A stretch of DNA of 62,867 nt. It comes from a virus (lineage: Duplodnaviria; Caudoviricetes). The DNA lies in IMG/VR virus record IMGVR_UViG_3300032050_000130, positions 1-62,867 of that record, one strand, 5' to 3'. Positions 8,674-17,784 of this stretch are shown here, piece by piece. The notes beneath the pieces are model-generated. The model saw nothing but the letters and a program-made list of their open reading frames with translations. It was not told where the DNA came from and ran no database searches. Positions within the stretch are counted from its first letter, which is position 1. Each line of letters starts with the position of its first letter. The position numbers and the translations under genes are program-made.

Positions 8674-11457
8674 TTAACTATCGAAGAAAATTCCTAAAAT
8701 TTGATTTAGGGGTGCGAATGCACCAGTTAATTTGTAAGTGTTACCACCATATACAAATACAATACCTTCGTTTGGTACAATTTTATCAAATCCACCTAAT
8801 GCGTTTAAACGTTGTAGTTCCAATTTAAGTTTTTCAATCTTTTTAGGGTCACCACTTGCTTTTACTTGTTGAATTGTAGATTCCAAACGTGCTACCATTT
8901 GTCTTTTGGCACTATCAGGATTTGCGGTAAGTACTGAACTCATAAATGATAATACATCCGCACCAACTCCTAAAAATATCTCCTCAAATCTCATTAGATT
9001 CTGCTTTGATATCTTTTGTTGGTCTTGTTTATCAGTTTGCTCAGCCCAAGCTTTTAATTTAGTATCTTGTATTGTGTTAATACGGAAACTCTTATCACCA
9101 AAAGCCCATCTCTTAACCAATCCTATTTTTTCTTGTGTATCTAATTTTTTTGCATTCTTCTCAACAAACTTAGTCCACCATGCTTGATGATAATCTGCTA
9201 CTCCATCGGAATCACTTAATGCAAATTCAGATTGTAGTTTACTAATCATAGAAATATACTTTCCTTGTAATTTAGAAAGATGTTCTGATTTAGGTAACTT
9301 ATTCATCGGTGGGCCTTGAATTGTGTATTTAGATTGTACGTGCGCATTTACTTGCTTAATCATACCACCCAATATACTTGCCGCTTGTTGATTCTCACCT
9401 ACAATAGTACCATCTACATCGTAATCAAAAGTACCATGAAACACTAATAGCGGTTGATTGTAGGGGATTACATTTACGGAGGTTGGGTATATTACTTCCA
9501 AATTCATAAACGAACTACCATCCTTAAATATCTTCTTACGTTGAGGTTCGGATAGGGCTGCTATTGCTTTTGATAGGTCTTGCATAGCGAAATTATAAGC
9601 ATCTGTCAATCCACCTCTACCGGCAAACTTATCTGCTACCTGTCCTATTGTCATCGCACCAGCTCCTTTGTTTTTTAGATGTGATTTGTTACGAGCTGCA
9701 ACTAATCTACCGTTTACCCAACTAACTGCTAATGCTTGTCCATCGGTCTTCTCTCTTGCTAATTCCAAATCACCATTCAATGCTCTTACCACAATTTGTT
9801 TAAGGTCTGCAAATGTTAAACCCATTTCAATATCAAATGGATGTGCCATATGACCATATGCACCACCTTCTAATAATAAACCCTCATTTACTGGATTTTC
9901 TATTTTATCTAATTTGGTATAATATTTAGGGTCTTCGTATAAATGGTCTAATGCAATTTCCTTTGCTATGTTTGTATCAGTTGTATGTTCTCGTTCAATT
10001 GCATACCCTTTTATAAATTCTTGCTTTATACCAGGTAATAAATTTCTATAATCATAATAATCACCTGCCCATTTTTTAGCAATATCAATAAGTGTCATAC
10101 CTTCGGCTTTACCACCAGGTATTTTATCTTCTTTTACTTTTTCGTATTCCTCACTACCATCTTTATCCAATTTAGATTTTAATTTCTTAACATCTTTTGA
10201 ATTTGGTGCTCCATTGATATACCCACCAGGTAAACTCAAACCAACACCAGCACCACCAGGTAATCCCATTTCACTCATTATTTCTTGCTCTAACTCATTT
10301 ATAATTTCATTAATATCATCTTTTGAAATTATTTGTGGTTTTTGATTTTTAGGAAGTTCCCAAAATCTTTTAGGTTTTTGTTCTGGATTTGTTCTATATA
10401 CTTCTTCCCAATCCTCTACTTTATGTGGGTCATCTGCCGGATTCAATGTACTTTGAACTACATTCTTCAATTTATAATATGCTTTTCTGAATTGAGTTTC
10501 CGTATCTTTTGATTTACCTTTACCTCTCATATCATCGGCTTTAGGAGTATCTAATTGAGTATATCCACCTTGCTTATACCAATTTTCAGGTTTATTTGTA
10601 TTTAATATTCTCGGTTGTCCATCTGCTACAAATGAAGTATCAGGTTCATCTCCGGCTTGCATACCAGCATTAGATGCCGCTTCTTTTAGTTCTTCTTTTT
10701 TAGGAATTCTAAATGTTACAGCTTTTTTACCATTAATAGTTGGCATTCCCCACTCATCAGTTCCTATATTTTTAACAACTACTTTTTTGTTTTTAAATTT
10801 ACCCATTAATAAAGTATCACCAACTTTTACGTTTAATTTGATTTCTTCGTTAATATATTCTTTAAGTGACTTAAGTTTGAGAGTAATTAATTTGAATACC
10901 TGGTCATCAAATTTAGGATATGCTTTTATAAATCCTTTCTTTCTATCAGCAGCATTTCCTGCACTTAACCAATAACGAACATCTGTGCCACTAATTGGAT
11001 TTGGTTGAGCAGGTGCTGCATAAACGTATCCTCTATCTAAATACCCAGTATCTACTTTACCCTTATATGCTTTAAAATATTTACCACTTAAACGTGATGA
11101 ATCTTTTTCACCTACCACCGTTATAAACCCAGTGGTATCTGAATCAAATTTGTTAAGTATTTCTTCTGGAGCATAAGGATTACGAATATTCACAATTTTG
11201 TTTGATGGAATACCAAACATCGTTGTCATTATTACTTTCTTTTCCTTAAAATTAAATGGAGATTTCTTTGAATCGGTGGTATTAGAAGTTCCGATATATA
11301 CATTATCTTTTCCAAACTTCTTAACCAAATGGTCATACGTTGCGTAGTGACCTTTATGAAATGGTTGAAAGCGGCCTGAGTAGACAACAACTACTTTGTC
11401 TATTCCTGCCGCTTCTCCCAATATTGTTTCTACTAAAAATTTTTCTAATCCTTTCAT
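8674..11457 (-). CDS. Multi-domain protein: HxGH nucleotidyltransferase + DUF5661-like module + ligase-like (KxDG) domain
   Basis: GRFQPFHKGH and ISGTDVR (cytidylyltransferase/NMNAT-like fold); IEREHTTD..IAKEIALDHLYEDPKYYTKL (DUF5661-like); EKTDGQ, NLEVIYP, EGIVF and YKLTG resemble motifs I, III, IV and V of the ATP-dependent ligase superfamily. Confidence 0.7.
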   Translation of the reverse strand: MKGLEKFLVETILGEAAGIDKVVVVYSGRFQPFHKGHYATYDHLVKKFGKDNVYIGTSNTTDSKKSPFNFKEKKVIMTTMFGIPSNKIVNIRNPYAPEEILNKFDSDTTGFITVVGEKDSSRLSGKYFKAYKGKVDTGYLDRGYVYAAPAQPNPISGTDVRYWLSAGNAADRKKGFIKAYPKFDDQVFKLITLKLKSLKEYINEEIKLNVKVGDTLLMGKFKNKKVVVKNIGTDEWGMPTINGKKAVTFRIPKKEELKEAASNAGMQAGDEPDTSFVADGQPRILNTNKPENWYKQGGYTQLDTPKADDMRGKGKSKDTETQFRKAYYKLKNVVQSTLNPADDPHKVEDWEEVYRTNPEQKPKRFWELPKNQKPQIISKDDINEIINELEQEIMSEMGLPGGAGVGLSLPGGYINGAPNSKDVKKLKSKLDKDGSEEYEKVKEDKIPGGKAEGMTLIDIAKKWAGDYYDYRNLLPGIKQEFIKGYAIEREHTTDTNIAKEIALDHLYEDPKYYTKLDKIENPVNEGLLLEGGAYGHMAHPFDIEMGLTFADLKQIVVRALNGDLELAREKTDGQALAVSWVNGRLVAARNKSHLKNKGAGAMTIGQVADKFAGRGGLTDAYNFAMQDLSKAIAALSEPQRKKIFKDGSSFMNLEVIYPTSVNVIPYNQPLLVFHGTFDYDVDGTIVGENQQAASILGGMIKQVNAHVQSKYTIQGPPMNKLPKSEHLSKLQGKYISMISKLQSEFALSDSDGVADYHQAWWTKFVEKNAKKLDTQEKIGLVKRWAFGDKSFRINTIQDTKLKAWAEQTDKQDQQKISKQNLMRFEEIFLGVGADVLSFMSSVLTANPDSAKRQMVARLESTIQQVKASGDPKKIEKLKLELQRLNALGGFDKIVPNEGIVFVYGGNTYKLTGAFAPLNQILGIFFDS

Positions 11458-11472
11458 ATAGTTTTCTTACTA

Positions 11473-11481
11473 TATAAATAT
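11473..11481 (-). promoter_or_regulatory. Representative copy of the ATA(T/C)TTAT(A) candidate late promoter
   Basis: The same motif sits upstream of 18 minus-strand gene starts (positions listed in findings). Confidence 0.7.
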
Positions 11482-11505
11482 TGAGATTATTGTTTTAGTA
11501 CAATC

Positions 11506-11862
11506 TTATTTACTAGCTGATTCAGTTTGTTGAATTCTGCTTGGTGCACCTGGTTGATAAATAACAGTTCCTTGTTCTAAATCGATTTGGTGTCTAGGGT
11601 ATTTTTCTTCTAAAGAATCAACCACACCTTTTAACTCTCTACTCTTATCTTTAAAAGTATCCTCTGCTTTTTCAAGAATTTCATCTAATCTAACTAGTTC
11701 TGAATTTAATTCTTTTTTTCTAATATAGATTTGTCCGAAATCATTTATTAAAGCTGATAAATCACCATTTAATGATTTAATTTTATCAACTACTTCTGCT
11801 TCTAACTTTACAGTTTCTAAATCAATAGACTGCTTTTGTGGAATTTTATCTAATTCTGCCAT
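11506..11862 (-). CDS. Small coiled-coil protein, paralogue of 15451-15735
   Basis: FGQIYIRKKEL...LEEKYPRHQIDLEQGTV aligns with LGQLSVRSREL...LQRKYKNAEIDLNDGTV. Confidence 0.75.
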   Translation of the reverse strand: MAELDKIPQKQSIDLETVKLEAEVVDKIKSLNGDLSALINDFGQIYIRKKELNSELVRLDEILEKAEDTFKDKSRELKGVVDSLEEKYPRHQIDLEQGTVIYQPGAPSRIQQTESASK

Positions 11863-11897
11863 AAACTTTTTGTTTTATTTTTGTATATATAAGTATA

Positions 11898-12287
11898 TTA
11901 TTTTTTATTTTTTAAAATGTTAGTGGTACTAAACCCTTCGATTTTATTGAAAAATTCTATTTTTGGAATATATTCTACTCCTATTATTTCGTCATATTTG
12001 TAATCGTTACCAATAACCATAACATCAGGTCCCCATTCTTTGATTCTTTCTATCAATTCCGCATCGGAACTAAACGATACAACACTATGTACACTTTTTA
12101 TATTTGATAAAAATTCAATTCTATCGTTTAGGTTGTTATATGGTCTATTTTCTCCCTTTTTGGATTTTACTCTTTCATCCGTATCAATACCAACTCTTAC
12201 TTCTCCAAATGTTTTCGCAAATTCCAATAAACGTAGATGTCCAACATGAAGTATATCAAATGTACCATTTACCCAAACCTTATTCAT
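11898..12287 (-). CDS. HldE/RfaE domain II-like sugar-phosphate nucleotidyltransferase (putative ADP-heptose synthase)
   Basis: NGTFDILHVGH, VGIDTD..V..KKG..RP, PDVMVIGNDY and GFSTT; abuts a heptosyltransferase-like gene. Confidence 0.8.
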   Translation of the reverse strand: MNKVWVNGTFDILHVGHLRLLEFAKTFGEVRVGIDTDERVKSKKGENRPYNNLNDRIEFLSNIKSVHSVVSFSSDAELIERIKEWGPDVMVIGNDYKYDEIIGVEYIPKIEFFNKIEGFSTTNILKNKK

Positions 12288-13438
12288 TATAAAAATTTTT
12301 CCAATTCTTTAATTACCATTTGTCCTGTAATATATTTAGTACATTCAAATTGTCTATGTGTACCTTTATGGTCTGGACACCAGTTCCAATCCCCTGCATT
12401 CAATCTGATTCTATTGAAACAACCTTCACATTTCCCTTCAGGTGAACCTATTCGTACACAATCTTGCATTTCAGCCCATTTATAAGAAAATCCACTTACC
12501 AAAACGGTTGGTACTTCTAATGCCCAACTTAACCAACTTAATCCACTACCAATTCCAATAAATGCGTTTGAACGTTTTAATTCTTCCATTACATTTTCAA
12601 TTGGACCGTTTGGATGATGAATGATTCCTTTTGGAAGCTTATTACCCATATAATCATCACCTTCTTTTGATATAAGTCTTACGGTGTATCCTTTAACATT
12701 TAACCAATCAACAACTTCTTGCCATCCGGTTGGATTATTCCAAAATTTAGATTGTGCAGTTCCAAATACGCCAATACATACTTGTTTTTCTTTTTGTAAT
12801 GTTTTAACTTTTTTTAGTTTTGGCTTTACTTCAACATATTCCAATCCTAATATGTCAGAACACATTTGTTGTAATGTTACCGCTTTTGGGTCAATAGGAT
12901 TTTTAAAAAAGTTTACCGAACTATCTTCATTATAAAATAATCCGATTGTGTGCATGGAATATAAGTTTTCTACATTTGTTCCTGGTTTTACGAATTGTAG
13001 TTCTGGATATTGTGTTTCAAACATATCGTTCATAAATGTGGAAACTATTACCTTACATTTATGCTTTTTTCTAAATTCATCAACATATGGAAACCATGCT
13101 AAAGAATCTCCTAATGCTTTTGAATCTAATGCAATATAAACTCTTTTATCCTTTGCATCGTATGTATGTTCAAACCATAATTTTCCATTTTCAAATATTT
13201 CAATTTTCCATTCTACAAAATATTCAATACTACATCTTGCCCAACAATTATTTGTAATTTCTGATGTGAAGTGAACTTTATTAGTTTTATTATCAATAAA
13301 TTTTATAAGATAATTTGATACTTTCGGTCCTTTTATTTCTACAAAGGGGCCCCTAACAAAATGAAATAATACTCTGTTTTGTACTTCTACTTTATTATTT
13401 TTATTCTTTTTTAAATTATTATAAATCATTAGTCCCAA
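12287..13438 (-). CDS. TibC/Aah-like protein O-heptosyltransferase
   Basis: SKALGDSLAWFPY, AQSKFWNNPTGW, FIGIGSGLSWLSWAL and the C-terminal Cys set C-EG-C..WCP.H....FEC that binds iron in the bacterial autotransporter heptosyltransferase family. Confidence 0.85.
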   Translation of the reverse strand: MGLMIYNNLKKNKNNKVEVQNRVLFHFVRGPFVEIKGPKVSNYLIKFIDNKTNKVHFTSEITNNCWARCSIEYFVEWKIEIFENGKLWFEHTYDAKDKRVYIALDSKALGDSLAWFPYVDEFRKKHKCKVIVSTFMNDMFETQYPELQFVKPGTNVENLYSMHTIGLFYNEDSSVNFFKNPIDPKAVTLQQMCSDILGLEYVEVKPKLKKVKTLQKEKQVCIGVFGTAQSKFWNNPTGWQEVVDWLNVKGYTVRLISKEGDDYMGNKLPKGIIHHPNGPIENVMEELKRSNAFIGIGSGLSWLSWALEVPTVLVSGFSYKWAEMQDCVRIGSPEGKCEGCFNRIRLNAGDWNWCPDHKGTHRQFECTKYITGQMVIKELEKFL

Positions 13439-15084
13439 GTTTTTATTGTTTCATCAAGTAATGAATATCCTTCAACTTGCTTACTATACACTTTATTAGT
13501 AGTGTATCTTAATTCTTGATGGTGATAGAATATGTGGTTAAACCAAAGGTCACCAACATCCCATTCACAATCTTTTATTCTTTGATTCCACCATTCTCTA
13601 TCGGTATTCCTTAACAAATAACAATGTGCCAAATCTTGATTATGAGCGGTTTTACTAAAATCCTCATCCACTACTTCTTTATATTGACTTAAGTTATTTG
13701 CCAATCCAATATAGTAAACGTTATTCTTTTCTGCTATATCACATGCTTTATATACTATATCAACAAATTCTTCAACGGTTGAATAAATAAAACCATCTGC
13801 TTCAAACACTAATGTATAATCGTAATCTCTATTTAAATTTTCAACTGCCATTTTATGTGCCAAATAGCAACCATAATGTCTTCCAGTAATCCAACCCAAA
13901 CCAGCTCCAGGATATAATTCTCCAGGTTTATTATCTTTACTTAAATGGTCAGGTCTTCTACAATGTTCTTTTGGTGCAAAATCTTCATAAACTTCATTTA
14001 CAATTGGAACATAGTCCATTCCATAACTTTCCAATTGACGAATAGATTTCATACTAAATCGTTCTCTATCGTTGTATGGGGTTGTTAGTAAATGTTTTAT
14101 TTGTATTCTTGGCTTTTCTGAAAATCCTTCTTTAAATTCAGGTTTTAGATTTTCTATAAGAATTTGTTTAGTTGCATTTGTATCATCGGTTATATATGTA
14201 ACCAACGGATTGGCATCATATGTATCCAAATATGTATATAATTTTCTAAAGATGCATTTCATTTTAAAAGATAATGCTTCTTTTATAGAAAGAGGATTTA
14301 GTTCTAATATTGATGAAAAATAAAAAAGGTCACATGCCGCATAAAACGTATCAACATCATCACGCTCTCCCCAAACAATACAATTATCTGGTTTGTTTTT
14401 CATCAATGGTGACCAATATGTTTCGTAATTCATAGCCTGATTACCTACGAAATGAAATTTAATTTTATACTTTTGTAATTTTCTTGCTATTTCAAATATT
14501 TCCGCTTGGTTTTTTCCAGGCGAAAATAGCCCAACCATTAAAACATGTTTGTAATCTTTTTCTAATCCCAATTCTATTTGAGATTCCTCTTTATTAAATG
14601 AATATTCTTCTATTGGATATTCCCAAGTAGTTAATTCAACACCAAGATTAGATTCTTCAAATTTCTTTTTACTCCATTCCGATACCAACACATATCTATC
14701 TGGTTGATATACTATATCCGAAGGATTTGTAAACGAACCATGTGTTGTTGCAACAATATTATATTTTCTTTTATTATCAAATATTATATCCAACACATAT
14801 TCTGGAAGGTCAAACTGCGGTATCTCCTGAAAATGTATTATATCAGGATTAAAATTTTGAATTACATCTATAATTTTAGATTTATCTTCTCCCAATGTAT
14901 GAACGGGTACTAAACTTTTAATACGATTTTTTTGTACCACAAATGCAGTACCACCACTATTGTTTATTTCAACAACTTCAATTTGAAAATCAGATAAAAA
15001 ATGCTTTATCTGTTTATAGGTATATTGTGGTTGTCCACCCGTAGAAAGGTGCGGACATATGTAAAGTAACTTCTTTTTTTGCAT
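13429..15084 (-). CDS. Two-domain glycosyltransferase (GT4-like GT-B + GT25-like GT-A)
   Basis: HLSTGGQPQY, VGLFSPGKNQ, DLFYFSSILELNPLSIKEAL (GT4-like); C-terminal GCYLAH...LVFEADG...AHCYLL (GT25-like). Confidence 0.8.
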   Translation of the reverse strand: MQKKKLLYICPHLSTGGQPQYTYKQIKHFLSDFQIEVVEINNSGGTAFVVQKNRIKSLVPVHTLGEDKSKIIDVIQNFNPDIIHFQEIPQFDLPEYVLDIIFDNKRKYNIVATTHGSFTNPSDIVYQPDRYVLVSEWSKKKFEESNLGVELTTWEYPIEEYSFNKEESQIELGLEKDYKHVLMVGLFSPGKNQAEIFEIARKLQKYKIKFHFVGNQAMNYETYWSPLMKNKPDNCIVWGERDDVDTFYAACDLFYFSSILELNPLSIKEALSFKMKCIFRKLYTYLDTYDANPLVTYITDDTNATKQILIENLKPEFKEGFSEKPRIQIKHLLTTPYNDRERFSMKSIRQLESYGMDYVPIVNEVYEDFAPKEHCRRPDHLSKDNKPGELYPGAGLGWITGRHYGCYLAHKMAVENLNRDYDYTLVFEADGFIYSTVEEFVDIVYKACDIAEKNNVYYIGLANNLSQYKEVVDEDFSKTAHNQDLAHCYLLRNTDREWWNQRIKDCEWDVGDLWFNHIFYHHQELRYTTNKVYSKQVEGYSLLDETIKTWD

Positions 15085-15088
15085 TATG

Positions 15089-15120
15089 TAAATATACGAA
15101 AAAAACTTGAATTTTCCAAA
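15089..15120 (-). promoter_or_regulatory. Bacteroidota-type sigma70 promoter (-33 TTTG / -7 TATATTTA)
   Basis: Minus strand reads TTTG-N20-TATATTTA, ending 4 nt before the ATG at 15084. Confidence 0.65.
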
Positions 15121-15121
15121 T

Positions 15122-15424
15122 TTAATCCATCACTACGGGATTCGTCATATGTTCTACGAAAGTTAATCCCAAGTGTTCACATAGTTTTTCTGCCAAAAAA
15201 TAGTTATCCATACCCCAATTATTCAAAATGTTAGCAGGTACTTTCCATTCTCCACTTGAAATAAAAGAATCTGGTTCGGCTACTGAATTTTGTGAATTTC
15301 TATATCTCAATTCGTATCTAACAGTACACGCATCTCTACCTAAATCGTAGTTCAAAATGTTACAATATAGTCTATTTATTGTATTCCCTAATAGATTAAT
15401 TTCTTGTATTTTAGTTTTTAACAT
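15122..15424 (-). CDS. Hypothetical protein
   Basis: 100-aa ORF with its own ATATTTATA motif at 15439-15447. Confidence 0.7.
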   Translation of the reverse strand: MLKTKIQEINLLGNTINRLYCNILNYDLGRDACTVRYELRYRNSQNSVAEPDSFISSGEWKVPANILNNWGMDNYFLAEKLCEHLGLTFVEHMTNPVVMD

Positions 15425-15450
15425 CTTTTTTTGTTTTCTATAAATATAAA

Positions 15451-15735
15451 CTATTCAGATACTTCAAACGTAACCGTACCATCATTTAAATCAATTTCCG
15501 CATTTTTATACTTTCTTTGAAGGTCTGATAATACATTCTCTAATTGAAGACTTTGGTTATCCAACTTATCTTCTATTTGTTTTTTTATTTCAAGTATTCT
15601 TTTAGATTCTAATTCTAGCTCTCTGCTTCTTACAGAAAGTTGTCCTAAATCAAAGATATAACCATTTACATCACTTTGAATGTTTTTGATATTATCTATA
15701 ATATCTTCTGCTATTTTTTCGGTTTTTGTTGCCAT
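15451..15735 (-). CDS. Small coiled-coil protein, paralogue of 11506-11862
   Basis: Start moved to MATKTEK at 15735, which removes the overlap with the upstream gene and follows the motif at 15749-15757. Confidence 0.75.
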   Translation of the reverse strand: MATKTEKIAEDIIDNIKNIQSDVNGYIFDLGQLSVRSRELELESKRILEIKKQIEDKLDNQSLQLENVLSDLQRKYKNAEIDLNDGTVTFEVSE

Positions 15736-15769
15736 ATGATTGTTTATATATAAATATATATGTTTTAAA

Positions 15770-17767
15770 TTATTCAAAAATTGCAGAAGCACATCCTCTA
15801 CAAATCGTTTCATATGAGTTTTCAACCATTTTAACATGCTCATCAGTTCCCCAAAAATCTCTCAATTCCTGCGTTTTAAAATCCCCAAACTGCATTTCCA
15901 TTTCATAATCATTACAACAAAGGAACGCTTTTCCACTTGCATTTACATGAACCCACCCAATAGGTCTACCACCAACCTCTCTACCATTTCCACACCCAAT
16001 CACTTTTTTATCAGCAACATTTCTTTTCAAATTTCTTTCTATTGCAGGTTTGTTACTCATTACTTCATCCAGTAGTCCAGCTCTATCAATAAGATATGGT
16101 ACTGTAAAAATATTCACACCTGGAAATAATTCTTTCGCTTTTTTCTCTTGCTGAACTAACTCTCCATTTTGTACATCTAAGTCAATATCCTGTGGGAATT
16201 GTGGACCTTTTTGTAACCAACCGCCTTTCTCAACAAATGATAATTCATGCGAACCATTTATTTGAATTGAGAATGCTTTTCGTTTTACCATTTCTGGTAA
16301 TTGTTCTACTGCATATTTTATATTAGATATTAGTTTATCAAATTGCTTTATATTAATACCACTTCTCTTACTCCAAGTATCCGCATCAAATGCAGGTGTA
16401 TTTAGGCAGATACCACTTAAACAATCTTGATACTCTTTTAGTATATCAACTCTTTCCGGTGTTAGTGGTATTCCATTTGAAAGTACCATCGTTACTAATT
16501 TATACTTTCTACATATTTTAAGTATTTCTTCAAAGTGCGGATATAAAAGAACTTCGTTATAATGCGCTGTGTAAAATCCATTAAATGCTTTTGATACTAG
16601 TCCATCTGGTCTTTCTCTTTCATCGATAAGATTTTTAATTATCTTTTCAAATAGTTCAGGACTCATTACTTCTTTACCGTGGTCAGGATTTCCTTTATAT
16701 CTTACTGGGCAAAACCAACATTTAGCATTACAAACTCCATATGGGTCTATTTGTAAGTTTGTTATTTTATAATCATTAAATTGAGTTTGAACTAAACTCA
16801 TTTTTGGGTGTTCAATTAATATAGATGTTTTTGCGGTTTCACAAATTTCTTTCCAATAATATGAAGAAGCAAACTTATCACTTATATCTAACTTCGCATT
16901 ATAAGGAAGTTTATCCGTGTATGCCCCTTTATAAAATAAACCTTTAGCATACGAATGTACATGAGTTGAATCTGCCACAACTCCTGCATTATGTAGTATA
17001 GGATATTTTTCTACTTCCGAAATATCACCAGTTACCCAACCAAAATCCAATCGTTCATCTACTATTGTTTCATGTCCCGCTAACCAAGCATTCCAAAGTA
17101 AACTCCACATACCCGCAGTCCATTTTTGTATTGGATAATCGTATTCAGTTTTTTTAACATGCAAATGTTCAGTATCACAAAAATATTTATATAAATTTAT
17201 ACTATCAGTTTCTACTTTATCCCAAAATTCATATGTAGTGTTTTTAACAATATATTGCGCTCCACCTGAATTATTATTTAGTAGCTTTGGTATTAGTGGG
17301 TCTATTCCAACTATTTCACACATTTTTTTATATGTATGGTCACCTTTACCGATTATATAATCATAATTTATATAAAATTTAGTATTAGATAAGTACCAAC
17401 TATTACCTTTTATCATATCATCAAATTTCGGTGGTTTTGTTAAAACTATATCCGAATCATGTAAAAATAAAACATCATCTTGAATTTCTGGCCTTGCAAC
17501 AATATGTTGCTTCATTAAATTAAAATAAATAGATGGTTGATAACCTTTATCGTTTCTAGTATCATTATAAAAGAAAAATCGTATAGTATTGTAATGTAAC
17601 ATTAATTTCTTCCATTCATCCGGAACAATACCATTTTCTATACCACATACAATATCAATATAATTTGGATTTACTCCCATTTTTTTGAAGTTGTTAATTA
17701 GAACTTCAACTTGCCAAGTGTAATAAGTTATTGCCGGTTGACAACAAATGTAACGAATTTTTTTCAT
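15770..17767 (-). CDS. Fusion of a GT-A peptide O-glycosyltransferase-like domain and a radical SAM (SPASM/twitch-like) domain
   Basis: The N-terminal half (CQPAITYYTWQVEVLINNF, DxD motif LHDSD, GGAQY, KWTAGMW, ILHNAG) resembles the HPAT/SERGT (GT95/GT96)-like fold. The C-terminal half has CNAKCWFC, SNG and C...LCCND...CRGC. Confidence 0.7.
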   Translation of the reverse strand: MKKIRYICCQPAITYYTWQVEVLINNFKKMGVNPNYIDIVCGIENGIVPDEWKKLMLHYNTIRFFFYNDTRNDKGYQPSIYFNLMKQHIVARPEIQDDVLFLHDSDIVLTKPPKFDDMIKGNSWYLSNTKFYINYDYIIGKGDHTYKKMCEIVGIDPLIPKLLNNNSGGAQYIVKNTTYEFWDKVETDSINLYKYFCDTEHLHVKKTEYDYPIQKWTAGMWSLLWNAWLAGHETIVDERLDFGWVTGDISEVEKYPILHNAGVVADSTHVHSYAKGLFYKGAYTDKLPYNAKLDISDKFASSYYWKEICETAKTSILIEHPKMSLVQTQFNDYKITNLQIDPYGVCNAKCWFCPVRYKGNPDHGKEVMSPELFEKIIKNLIDERERPDGLVSKAFNGFYTAHYNEVLLYPHFEEILKICRKYKLVTMVLSNGIPLTPERVDILKEYQDCLSGICLNTPAFDADTWSKRSGINIKQFDKLISNIKYAVEQLPEMVKRKAFSIQINGSHELSFVEKGGWLQKGPQFPQDIDLDVQNGELVQQEKKAKELFPGVNIFTVPYLIDRAGLLDEVMSNKPAIERNLKRNVADKKVIGCGNGREVGGRPIGWVHVNASGKAFLCCNDYEMEMQFGDFKTQELRDFWGTDEHVKMVENSYETICRGCASAIFE

Positions 17768-17784
17768 AGTAATTAATTAATGTT

